A DNA stretch of 64,000 nt from Abditibacterium sp. (lineage in GTDB: Bacteria > Armatimonadota > Abditibacteriia > Abditibacteriales > Abditibacteriaceae): the NCBI GenBank assembly GCA_965199495.1, contig CBDASK010000003.1, positions 896,001-960,000 of the forward strand. Reading direction: 5' to 3'. Shown here piece by piece: positions 37,036-46,338 of the stretch (positions are counted from its first letter, which is position 1; the number at the start of each line of letters is the position of its first letter). The notes beneath the pieces are model-generated. The model was not told the DNA's origin, ran no database searches, and saw nothing but the letters and a program-made list of their open reading frames with translations. The translations under genes and the position numbers were made by a program.

Positions 37036-38972
37036 ATGTGTTGTTCTGGTTATGGTGTCAGGCCATTGCGGTTTGTTTGAGGCGACTATTATTCACACCC
37101 CCACTGCGCTTCGCGCATCTCCCCCTCCGAGAGGGGAAGAATGCGCTTTTGCCGTTCGTCACTCGCGTTATTTTTGGCTATGTCGAGAGTAAAAGCGCAT
37201 TCTTCCCCTCTCGGAGGGGGAGATGCGCGAAGCGCAGTGGGGGTGTGAATAATAGTCGCCTCAAACTCGCGCTTCTCGTCTGCCTAATATTACTAACCGC
37301 CCTTCCCAGCCACGCGCAACTGGCGACTTCGTATTTGACCATTACTGGCATCACAGTCAAGCGTTTGCCCAACGCGGTGCAGGTGCGCATCGAAACCGAT
37401 GGCACGCCGCGTTTTGGTACCGATTTGAACGATTTCATAGATTTGAGCAACTTTTCGCCCAAGCCGACGCAGAGCTTACGCATTCGCGTTGTCGGCGCGA
37501 TTTCGCATTTGCCCGCTTATGTCCCGCTCGATGCCTATCCGCTCGATGGCGCGATAGTTTCGCCGGGACGCAGCAATTTTGCGAACCCCTATTTCACCAA
37601 CGGCGCCGGAAATCAGCCCGAACCGCGCGTGGACATCGAGCTTCGTTTTGCCACGCCCGTCACGGCGCAACAGTTTTCGGTCAACATCGGCGATAACGGC
37701 ATTCGGTTCAGTCAATACGCGGGGCCGCTGCAATATTCGGTCGAGCCTTCCAGAGACGGGCGCGCCATTGTGCTGACGGTGATTCCCGACCGCGCCGATT
37801 TAAGCGCGGTCGAGCGATTGAATCGTTCGCCGCAGCAAAACCGCCAGAGCAAAATCGAAGTCAGCGCCAATGCCGACAGCACGTTGCGCGTGTTGGCGCT
37901 GCACGCTCCGTTACGCGATTTGTTGGGCAAAGCCAGCGAAAAAAGCGGCGTGCCCTTTCTCACGCGCGACGACGTGGCTGCTCTCGACATCTCGCTATTT
38001 TTGCCGCACGCGACGCTGGCCGAACTGCTGGACGCGTTGCAAACCGGCTACAATCTGGGTGGTCTCATCCAAAACGGTTCACTGGTGTTGGGGCGCGGCG
38101 ACGAGTTTCTGGAAGCGCGCAGTTTGCCACTTTACAATTTGGCGCCCAGCACGGCGCGCTTGCTGTTCCCCGATTTTTTGTTGCCTGCACTGCGTCCCGA
38201 TCCGCAGGGCAACGCCTTGGTGGCCACCGGCTCGCCCGCGCTGTTGCAGCGCATCGCCAGCGATTTGAAACAGTTGGACGCGCCGCGCGCGCAATTCGAG
38301 ATCGAGGCGCAAATCTGGGAACTCAATTCGCAGCGCGATTTGAACGACGCGCTGCAATTTACGCGCAGCGTGGGCCGCGACCGCGAAACGGTAGATTTCG
38401 GCGCGGGCACCGCCAGCGTGCGCGTTGAAAGTGAACAGACCGACCAACTGTTGTTCAACTTGCAACTGCTGGCGCGGCGCGGGCGCGGGCGTTTGAGTTC
38501 GGCGCCGCGCGTTACGGTTTTGGCGGGCGAAAGCGGCTCGATATTTCTGGGCCAGACGCGCTATATTCTGGTTTTGCAACAGCGCGGAAACGAACAGGTT
38601 TCGCAGGCGTTGCCGCTGCAAATCGGCACCAATTTAAAAGTGACCGCTCGCGGCTCGCTCAACCCCGATGACCCAATCGCCCTCGAAGTCGCGCCGCGCG
38701 TTTCAACCGTGGACGCCCTCGAAACCGGCACCAGTCTGCCGACGCTTGGCATTCGCGAAGTCAGCGCCAATGTGCGCATTGACCCCGACCAAAGCGTCAT
38801 TATCGCCGGACTTGATTCGGCGATTGACAGTCAGACGAATGGCACAGCCTTCAAACTTTTCCCGACGCGCCGCTCCAATCGCGAGCAACAAAAATTACTT
38901 GTCGTCGTTAAAGCGCGTCGCGTCGGTTCGGCTTCACCAGCCACGGCGACGGCACTGGCCCAACGTCAGTAA
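37032..38972 (+). CDS. Secretin-like protein 2 (AMIN-like N-terminus, degenerate C-terminal motif); true start may be GTG near 37245
   Basis: SAPRVTVLAGE, GTNLKVT and QSVIIAGL motifs; lacks the P.LG.LP.LG.LF signature; palindrome F lies in its 5' end. Confidence 0.8.
   Translation: MNVLFWLWCQAIAVCLRRLLFTPPLRFAHLPLREGKNALLPFVTRVIFGYVESKSAFFPSRRGRCAKRSGGVNNSRLKLALLVCLILLTALPSHAQLATSYLTITGITVKRLPNAVQVRIETDGTPRFGTDLNDFIDLSNFSPKPTQSLRIRVVGAISHLPAYVPLDAYPLDGAIVSPGRSNFANPYFTNGAGNQPEPRVDIELRFATPVTAQQFSVNIGDNGIRFSQYAGPLQYSVEPSRDGRAIVLTVIPDRADLSAVERLNRSPQQNRQSKIEVSANADSTLRVLALHAPLRDLLGKASEKSGVPFLTRDDVAALDISLFLPHATLAELLDALQTGYNLGGLIQNGSLVLGRGDEFLEARSLPLYNLAPSTARLLFPDFLLPALRPDPQGNALVATGSPALLQRIASDLKQLDAPRAQFEIEAQIWELNSQRDLNDALQFTRSVGRDRETVDFGAGTASVRVESEQTDQLLFNLQLLARRGRGRLSSAPRVTVLAGESGSIFLGQTRYILVLQQRGNEQVSQALPLQIGTNLKVTARGSLNPDDPIALEVAPRVSTVDALETGTSLPTLGIREVSANVRIDPDQSVIIAGLDSAIDSQTNGTAFKLFPTRRSNREQQKLLVVVKARRVGSASPATATALAQRQ
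37075..37266. repeat. Palindromic element F (76-bp perfect arms, 40-bp spacer), in frame in the secretin 2 5' region
   Basis: 37075-37150 is the reverse complement of 37191-37266; inner unit shared with element G. Confidence 0.9.
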
Positions 38973-39076
38973 ACTTTCACACCTCCCAATGGACTCGCGC
39001 GACCAAAACAGATCTTGTTTGCTGTTAAAGCGAAAATAACTTTGTGCGCTCTTCCAAACTCTTCCTCGTTTTCTTG

Positions 39077-40789
39077 ATGCTCCCATTTCTTTCTCTGCGC
39101 TTCGGGCGCACTTGTCTCAGATTAAGTTTTCTTTTAATAATTTCAATCTGTTTTTGTAAGGGTTTTCCCGCTTGCGCGCAAGGGGCAGCTTACACTAACA
39201 TTAAATCTGTAACAACCAGAGCATTATCCAACGGCGTGCAAATCACGATTCAGGCCGACGGGATTTTGCAATACCGCGACGTTGATTCCGACGGCAACAA
39301 AATGGGGGCTTATTTTCCTGCCGCACGCAATGGGACGGGGAAAAATTTCATCAATCTCAATACCTATCCGGTTTCTTCGATTCAGCTTTCGACGCCGCAG
39401 GGCGCAACAAACGGCATTGGGCTACGCATTGACATCACCAACTTTGTCAGCACGCGCGCTTCGGTGACGCAGACGCCCAATGGTCAGGGCGTGTTGTTCA
39501 CCATTCAATCCGACCGCACTCTGCCCGGTGGCCGTGGCGGCGACAACAACGCGGCGACCAAAGCGCCCGACGATTTGAGCGCCGAGGTGACTTTCGATGG
39601 CAAATTAATTTCGGTGCGCGCGGTGAAAGCCGACATTCAGGAGTTGATGGCTTCGATTGCGCAAAAGACCGGTTTGTCTATCGCCGTTGACGATGCCGTC
39701 AGTCGTAAAGTCAGTCTCAATTTGCAAAACGTCGAGCCGCAAAGCGCGGTCAACACGATTGCGGCAGCTTACGGATTGGCCCTCGCGCCGATCAATGGAA
39801 TTCTGGTGTTGACCGAGGGCGTGCCAACCGATTTGGCGACTTATCGCTCGTCGGAGACCCAGAGTTTTCGGATTCAAAACGGTCAGGCGGGGCAACTTTC
39901 GGGATTGTTGCCCAACTTTTTGTATTCCTACGTCAAGGTCAACGGCGAGCAAAACGCGATTGTGGTGACGGCGCCATCGCAAATGCTGGACAAAATTGGA
40001 GCGGATTTGCGCCGGGTTGACGTGCCCGCGCCGCAAATTTCCATCGAAGCTATCGCGGTCGAGTTGTCCGATTCCAACGATTTGGACATCGGTTTGCGGC
40101 TGGGCAATCCCGACCAAAACAGCTTCGATTCGTTCGATGTGGGAGCCGGACGAGTGACGTTTAACACGATTGGCAAACTGCCGAGGAGTTTTGAGGCGAG
40201 CTTGAAAGCGTTGGAATTGAAGGGCAAAGCGCGCGTGCGGGCGCGGCCACAAATGGTGGTTGTCAACGGTGAAACGGCCAATCTTTTCATCGGTTCGCAG
40301 CGCTTTATCCTGACACAGTTCAACCAATCGGGTCAAACTCAAAACCGTATCCAGCCCGTTGATGTCGGTGTGAAGTTGTCGGTGACGCCCCTAACGGGCG
40401 GCAACGGCGAGATAACGGCGCGCGTCGCGCCCGAAGTTTCCAACATTACCGAGTTGGATTTACAAACCGGTTTGCCCGTGCTCTCGACCCGCCGTAGCGA
40501 TACGACGGTGCGCGTGCAGGACGGCGAAACCATTGTGATTGGCGGCTTGACGCTCGATCAGGAACAGACGACCAAGGGCAAAATTCCGTTCTTCGGAGAT
40601 TTGCCAATTTTGGGAGGTTTGTTCCGGTCGCGCAAAAAGACGACGGTCAAAACGGAGTTAGTTGTTTTTGTCACGCCCCATATCCTGAAAGATAACGGCG
40701 AGGCAATTGCAGCCAACGCGAACCTCGCGGGCACAGCCGCTTCGACAGAAGCAGCCACCGCGCTTCCTCCCAACGCGACGAAAGGGTGA
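39077..40789 (+). CDS. Secretin (PilQ/GspD-like) 3 with an AMIN-like N-terminus
   Basis: ARPQMVVVNGE, DVGVKLSVTP, DGETIVIGGL, KIPFFGDLPILGGLF and ELVVFVTP motifs. Confidence 0.92.
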   Translation: MLPFLSLRFGRTCLRLSFLLIISICFCKGFPACAQGAAYTNIKSVTTRALSNGVQITIQADGILQYRDVDSDGNKMGAYFPAARNGTGKNFINLNTYPVSSIQLSTPQGATNGIGLRIDITNFVSTRASVTQTPNGQGVLFTIQSDRTLPGGRGGDNNAATKAPDDLSAEVTFDGKLISVRAVKADIQELMASIAQKTGLSIAVDDAVSRKVSLNLQNVEPQSAVNTIAAAYGLALAPINGILVLTEGVPTDLATYRSSETQSFRIQNGQAGQLSGLLPNFLYSYVKVNGEQNAIVVTAPSQMLDKIGADLRRVDVPAPQISIEAIAVELSDSNDLDIGLRLGNPDQNSFDSFDVGAGRVTFNTIGKLPRSFEASLKALELKGKARVRARPQMVVVNGETANLFIGSQRFILTQFNQSGQTQNRIQPVDVGVKLSVTPLTGGNGEITARVAPEVSNITELDLQTGLPVLSTRRSDTTVRVQDGETIVIGGLTLDQEQTTKGKIPFFGDLPILGGLFRSRKKTTVKTELVVFVTPHILKDNGEAIAANANLAGTAASTEAATALPPNATKG

Positions 40790-40900
40790 GCGGATTTTGA
40801 ATGGATAAAGTTCAAAATCGGATTCCCGCAAAGTCGCGCGATGAGGAATACAACCGAAATCATTCGGCGGCAACGTGCGAATGATTTCAAGAGAACAATT

Positions 40901-41614
40901 ATGGCAAAGAAGCACATTTTAGTCGTGGCAAACGACAAGACAATCTGTCAGGGACTGGTTAACCAACTCAAAGAGGTTGGCTACGAAGGCACAATCGCAG
41001 TGACATCGCAAGAAGCGATGGATCGTCTGCGCGAGGCGCGTCCCGACGCGATTTTGATGGGACTCGATGGCGAAGGCGTGGACGAAGGTCTGCTGGACGA
41101 GCTGCGCGGCGAAGGCGATTACTCGACCGGCGCACCGATTGTGGTTTTGGCCAACAAGGGCAGCGAAAGCGCCGCGCTTTCGGCCATTGACATGGGCGCC
41201 GACGATTTCATCGTGAAGCCGATGCGCGCCAGCGAACTGGCCGCGCGCCTCGAATTCTCGATGTCGCGCGCGCGCCATTCGAGCGCGCCCTCGCCCGCCA
41301 AAGCCCTGCGCGCTGGCCCGATTTTCCTTAACGCCGACCGCCGCGAAACCTACGTGCGCCTCGACAACGGCGAGATTCGCCCGTTGAATTTGACCAAACG
41401 CGAGTTCGCATTGATGCGCGCCATGATGGCCCGCAAAAACACGATGATGACGCGTCAACAATTGGTCGAGGAAGCCTTTGGCGAGAACACCAAAGTCAAC
41501 CCGAACAACTTGGGCGCTTACATTCACCGTCTGCGCGAAAAGGTCGAACCCGACCCCAGCCACCCGCGCCATATCCTGACCGACCGTGGTCTGGGCTTCA
41601 AAGTCGTGGATTAG
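40901..41614 (+). CDS. OmpR/PhoB-family response regulator with a degenerate receiver domain
   Basis: GADDFIVKP, LTKREF.L and RLREKVEPDPSHPRHILT.RG.G motifs; phosphoacceptor position reads PDAILMG. Confidence 0.88.
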   Translation: MAKKHILVVANDKTICQGLVNQLKEVGYEGTIAVTSQEAMDRLREARPDAILMGLDGEGVDEGLLDELRGEGDYSTGAPIVVLANKGSESAALSAIDMGADDFIVKPMRASELAARLEFSMSRARHSSAPSPAKALRAGPIFLNADRRETYVRLDNGEIRPLNLTKREFALMRAMMARKNTMMTRQQLVEEAFGENTKVNPNNLGAYIHRLREKVEPDPSHPRHILTDRGLGFKVVD

Positions 41615-41627
41615 TTTTGGAGCGAAT

Positions 41628-41665
41628 AAAACAGCGCCGCGATATTTGTTGCGGCGCTGTTTTTT
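41628..41665 (+). terminator. Intrinsic terminator
   Basis: AAACAGCGCCGC-N10-GCGGCGCTGTTTTTT. Confidence 0.8.
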
Positions 41666-41674
41666 GTTTTGGAT

Positions 41675-41918
41675 GGGCTGATGTTTTGTGGCACATTTCA
41701 AGATTGAGGAAATTATAACTCACACCCCCACTGCCTTCGGCATCTCCCCCTCCGAGAGGGGAAGAATGCCTCATCAGGTTGAAGAACTTTCTTGGTTAAA
41801 TACGACGCAGCGAGGTAAATGAGGCACTCTTCCCCTCTCGGAGGGGGAGATGCCGAAGGCAGTGGGGGTGTGAGTTATAATTTCCTCAATCTTGAAATGT
41901 GCCACAAAACATCAGCCC
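41675..41918. repeat. Palindromic element G (100-bp arms with 1 mismatch, 44-bp spacer)
   Basis: 41675-41774 versus 41819-41918; inner CACACCCCCACTGC..CCCCTCCGAGAGGGGAAGA unit as in element F. Confidence 0.92.
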
Positions 41919-41924
41919 CAGCCC

Positions 41925-43001
41925 TCACTTCCAAACAACAGCCACGTCGCTGACCAACGCGCGATGATCGGACGCATTCGTCGGTACGACGGTGCTGCGC
42001 CGCGCGCTCACGCCGCGTCCGAGCCAAAGATAATCAATGCGCATCACCGGCAACTTCGCCGGAAAAGTGAAACCGCTCCCCAACCCGGCGCGCGCGAAAC
42101 TATCGGTCAGGCGCGCTTTGAGATGGCGATAAAACCCGCCGCGCGGTGGATTATTGAAATCGCCCGCCAAAACGTACGGGCGCCCGCTATGCTCTGCTTC
42201 GTCGAGCGCGCTGTCCAAAGTGGGCAACTGCTTCAAACGCGTTTGCGCGGTGCCATGAACCAAACGCGCGGTTTCGAGCAAACGGTTCAGACTGCCCGGC
42301 TTGCGTCCGCCGAAATGGCTACCGGGCGCCGATGTCGAGATATGCGCGACGATTACGTCCAGCGGCCCATTGGGTGTGCGGCAGGTGACGGCCAAAACGC
42401 GACGCGTGCTGGTTTTGAGATTTTGGTATTGCCGCACGTTTTCGATGGGCCAGCGCGAAATTAAGGTGACTTCATTCGCGCGCTGCGCGTGCCAACCGGG
42501 AAAACGTCCGATGAGTTCGGGCGTGCGGTCGGGACCGAAACCGCGTCGGCCCAGAGTTTCCTGCAAACAAACGATGTCGGGCTTTTGCGCCTTAATTACG
42601 CCCGCGATTTTCTGCGTGCCCGCGCTCGACGAAAGCACATTCCACGTCATTATCCGCACGCCGTGGCTGTTAACGGGCGCGGGCAACAGTCGCGCCCACG
42701 GAACGTGAACGCCCAGCAGAATCACGCCGAAAATGGATAAAGTCGCGCCGTTGAACCAACAAACGCGCCAGTTTTTCTTGCACGCGGCCCAAATCAGTAA
42801 AATCAGCGTCGGCAGCAAAAACGGATGTTGCGGTAGATAAAGCCCAAACGAGGTGAACGACGTGCGCTCGGCCACGCCGTTGATGAGAAGCCACCAAACG
42901 ACGAGCGCGCACAAATTAATCCGACTTAAAATCGGAAGTTTGCTGGATTTTGTTTTAACGGTGAGAATCGGCGAAGTTGGCAACAGAAAGAATTTAACCA
43001 A
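41925..43001 (-). CDS. Membrane-anchored endonuclease/exonuclease/phosphatase family protein (start uncertain)
   Basis: IMTWNV, DIVCLQE, LAGDFN, RIDY and SDHR motifs; N-terminal TM segments. Confidence 0.9.
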   Translation of the reverse strand: MVKFFLLPTSPILTVKTKSSKLPILSRINLCALVVWWLLINGVAERTSFTSFGLYLPQHPFLLPTLILLIWAACKKNWRVCWFNGATLSIFGVILLGVHVPWARLLPAPVNSHGVRIMTWNVLSSSAGTQKIAGVIKAQKPDIVCLQETLGRRGFGPDRTPELIGRFPGWHAQRANEVTLISRWPIENVRQYQNLKTSTRRVLAVTCRTPNGPLDVIVAHISTSAPGSHFGGRKPGSLNRLLETARLVHGTAQTRLKQLPTLDSALDEAEHSGRPYVLAGDFNNPPRGGFYRHLKARLTDSFARAGLGSGFTFPAKLPVMRIDYLWLGRGVSARRSTVVPTNASDHRALVSDVAVVWK

Positions 43002-43045
43002 AATTCATCCGAGCAACATTGCGTTGGGTGAGTTCAACTGAAAAC

Positions 43046-46000
43046 TCAAACCATACTCGCGGCCTTTCGCAGCGCCTCAATCGCTTCGTCCGCCGGAAGC
43101 GGGCGCGCGAACAGATAACCCTGCGCGTGCTGGCAATTCAAGCCGCGCAAATCTTCCAATTGTTTGGCTTCCTCGACGCCTTCGGCCACGACATCCATGC
43201 CCAGATTTTTGCCCAGCGTCACGATTGTGCGCACGATTTCGCGGTTTTCACCGTCTTCCAACAAGCGCGCGACGAACGAACGATCAATCTTGAGCGTATC
43301 GAGCGGAAAGCGATGCAGGTAACTCAAACTCGAATAGCCGGTGCCGAAATCGTCCAAACCCAATCGAACGCCCAACTTGCGCAGTTCGAGCAGACGTTGC
43401 GTCACGATTTGCGCGTCTTCCATAATAGCACTTTCGGTGATTTCGAGTTTCAAAGTGTCGGGCGCAATGCCCGATTCGCGAATAATGGTTTCGACGACTT
43501 CGATGAGATCGGTCTGCGAAAACTGCTTGCCCGATAGGTTCACGCTCATCGAAAGTGGCTGGGCGGCGGCGAACTCGGTCTGCCATTTTGCCAACTGCGC
43601 GCAGGCTTCTTCTAAAACCCAACGACCGATGGGAATGATCCAGCCGGTCTCTTCGGCGATGGGAATGAACTCGGCGGGCGCGACCAAACCGCGTTCGGGA
43701 TGTTGCCAGCGAATCAAGGCTTCAAACCCGACGATGCTCTGATCTTCGACCCGGACGATGGGCTGATAATACAAGCGAAACTCGTTGCGTTCGATGGCCC
43801 AGCGCAGATCGGTTTCCAACTGCAACAGAGCCACGGCGCGCGTGTGCATCTCGGCGTCGAACACTTCGTGGCGCGCTTTCCCGCGCGCCTTGGCGCGATA
43901 CATCGCCATATCAGCGTCACGCAGCAGGTCTTCGGCCCGTTCGTAGTTGCCGTGTCCCAGTGCAATTCCAATCGAGGCCGACGAGAAAACTTCCTGCTTG
44001 CCCAACTGAAACGGTGTGCGCATTGCGTTTTGTATGCGCTCGGCGACCAAAGTCGCGCCGCTCAAATCGTTGACATCTTCCAGCAACAGCGCGAACTCGT
44101 CGCCGCCAAAACGCGAAACGGTGTCGCCGGGCCGCAAACACTCCTGCAAGCGCTGAGCGATGGCTTTGAGCAATTCGTCGCCCGCCAAATGGCCCAGCGA
44201 ATCGTTGATATTTTTGAAGCGGTCGAAATCTAAAAACAGCACGGCGAACAGATGATCGGGATGCCGCACCAAGCGCGCGAACGCTTGTTCCAATCTGTCC
44301 ATGAAAAGCGCGCGATTGGATAATCCCGTCAGCCGGTCGTGCAGCGCGTCGTGCAATAATTGCTGCTTATTGTCGCGCGTGGCTGTGATGTCTTCGACGG
44401 TGCCTTCGTAATAAACGATCGCGCCCTTTTCGTCGCGTACGGCGCGCGCATTTTCGGAAATCCAGATCAATTCGCCGTTTTTGCGCCGAATCTGCGACTC
44501 GAAATTCGAGACTTCCCCCTGCTCGTCCATAACCGCGACGAACTCAGCGCGGCGATTGGGTTCGACATAGAGTTGGCCCGCGATGTTGGAAAAAGTCGCG
44601 CGCAACTCTTCGACCGAATCAAAGCCGTAGATGCGCGCCAGACTGGAATTGGCGTCCAGATATTTGCCTTCGGGCGTCGTCTGAAAAATACCTTCGACGG
44701 CGTTTTCAAAAATCGAACGATATTTTTCTTCGGCCTGACGAAGCGCCTCTTCATTGGCACGCCGTTGTGTGATGTCGCGCGAAACCGTGTGGATTTCGGT
44801 TTCGCCGCGACCATTGATAAAAGCGTGTCCGGTAATTTCCGTCCAGACCCAGTGCCCATTTTTATGCAGCAGACGAACTTCAACTTTTTGATGCGCTTGC
44901 GAATTTTCCATCGAGCGTTGCAAGGCGGCCATTAAAATAGGAACGTCGTCGGGATGCGCTAACTCAAAATTGCTTCGTCCACTGAGTTCTTGAACCGTAT
45001 AACCAAAAATACGCTCGACGACTGGAGACACATAGAGCAGAGTTCCATCAGGCCGGTAGGTCGCCAGACAATCGCTGGAATTTTCGGCCAGCAGACGAAA
45101 CAGCTCCTCGCGTTGCGTCACTTCCTGGCGCGCCCGATGGGCTTCGGTAATATCGCGAATAATCCACAAAACGCCGTCCTCTTCGAGCGGCGTGATGCTG
45201 GCGGAAAACCATTTTTCCGCGCCCCGAATGTCCAACGGATATTGCACTCGCACCAATTTCTTGCTGGCAGTCACTTCATCAACAATCGCTTGAAAACGCG
45301 CAGCAATTTCTGGTTCAAAAATCTCGTGAACCGAGCGGCCCACAATCTCGCTTTTGGGCCAGGCCAATAAACTTTCGTCGTGCGCAAAAACCTTGAGATA
45401 AATGCCGCTACGATCCATGACGAAGACCGGATCGCGCATCGCATCGAAGAGCGCGGCCAATTCCTGCTCGGACTCGCGCAGGGCCACCTCCGAAATTTCG
45501 CGCGCGATAGCTGCCGCTATCATGTCCGCACTCAAGCGCAAACTCTCTTCATCTATCGCGTGCCAGACGCGCGTCGCGCGGCACTCGTCGAATCCCATAA
45601 ATCCCCACCACTGACCGTTGACCATAATTGGCACGATCAAAATAGATTTGATGTTTTGCGCTTCCAGGATGTGCCGATGAGAATCGGGCATAGATTCGGC
45701 ATCGCCCTGAATTATGAAATCGCTACGCAAGCTCTCGTTCCAGCGGCCCATACCAATAGCCGAGAGCTTAACGTTTTTCAATTCTGGATTGTCTATCTGA
45801 GATTTCACGCCGGGGGCGCACCATTCGTAAAGTTGATGATGCTGGATTTCTCCTGCGGGAGAAGTTCTATTTTCAAACAAATAGGCGCGCGAAACATCGC
45901 TTCCTTCGCCCAATTCACGTAAGAGTGCGGGCATCGCTTGTCGCCAATTACCGATGAGAAATCGTTCTGCCGCCCCAGAAATCGCGCGCAACACCTGCTC

Positions 46001-46117
46001 GCGCCGCACCAAAGTCGCTTCAACATCCGCGCGTGACAGGGCGCGAGATAACTCGCCTGCATCCAGCGTGTTCCTTGAAGAATGCAGTCCTTCCAATTTT
46101 TCTTCGTAATCGTGCAT
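43046..46117 (-). CDS. GAF-PAS-PAS-PAS-GGDEF-EAL protein
   Basis: RFGGDEF, FEALIRW and LDDFGTGYSSL motifs all intact; PAS/PAC repeats. Confidence 0.95.
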   Translation of the reverse strand: MHDYEEKLEGLHSSRNTLDAGELSRALSRADVEATLVRREQVLRAISGAAERFLIGNWRQAMPALLRELGEGSDVSRAYLFENRTSPAGEIQHHQLYEWCAPGVKSQIDNPELKNVKLSAIGMGRWNESLRSDFIIQGDAESMPDSHRHILEAQNIKSILIVPIMVNGQWWGFMGFDECRATRVWHAIDEESLRLSADMIAAAIAREISEVALRESEQELAALFDAMRDPVFVMDRSGIYLKVFAHDESLLAWPKSEIVGRSVHEIFEPEIAARFQAIVDEVTASKKLVRVQYPLDIRGAEKWFSASITPLEEDGVLWIIRDITEAHRARQEVTQREELFRLLAENSSDCLATYRPDGTLLYVSPVVERIFGYTVQELSGRSNFELAHPDDVPILMAALQRSMENSQAHQKVEVRLLHKNGHWVWTEITGHAFINGRGETEIHTVSRDITQRRANEEALRQAEEKYRSIFENAVEGIFQTTPEGKYLDANSSLARIYGFDSVEELRATFSNIAGQLYVEPNRRAEFVAVMDEQGEVSNFESQIRRKNGELIWISENARAVRDEKGAIVYYEGTVEDITATRDNKQQLLHDALHDRLTGLSNRALFMDRLEQAFARLVRHPDHLFAVLFLDFDRFKNINDSLGHLAGDELLKAIAQRLQECLRPGDTVSRFGGDEFALLLEDVNDLSGATLVAERIQNAMRTPFQLGKQEVFSSASIGIALGHGNYERAEDLLRDADMAMYRAKARGKARHEVFDAEMHTRAVALLQLETDLRWAIERNEFRLYYQPIVRVEDQSIVGFEALIRWQHPERGLVAPAEFIPIAEETGWIIPIGRWVLEEACAQLAKWQTEFAAAQPLSMSVNLSGKQFSQTDLIEVVETIIRESGIAPDTLKLEITESAIMEDAQIVTQRLLELRKLGVRLGLDDFGTGYSSLSYLHRFPLDTLKIDRSFVARLLEDGENREIVRTIVTLGKNLGMDVVAEGVEEAKQLEDLRGLNCQHAQGYLFARPLPADEAIEALRKAASMV

Positions 46118-46184
46118 GAAAGTAAAAAGCGGGGCTGGAATTTTGGCATTGAAAAATTTTTTCTTAACAGAAATTTTTCCAATC

Positions 46185-46200
46185 TGTGATATATTTCACA
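46185..46200. promoter_or_regulatory. CRP/FNR-type binding site
   Basis: TGTGA-tatatt-TCACA, about 70 bp upstream of the GGDEF-EAL start. Confidence 0.6.
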
Positions 46201-46338
46201 GAATTGGCCGGATTGACAATAAATTTATGTTGAATAATTTAAATCGCTAATTTGAGGAGCCACCGGCATGAGTTGCGAGCTAAAAACCAAGAAAACGCGA
46301 ACTGAGAATCAGTCGCGTTTTCTTTGCTGCCGCTTTGA

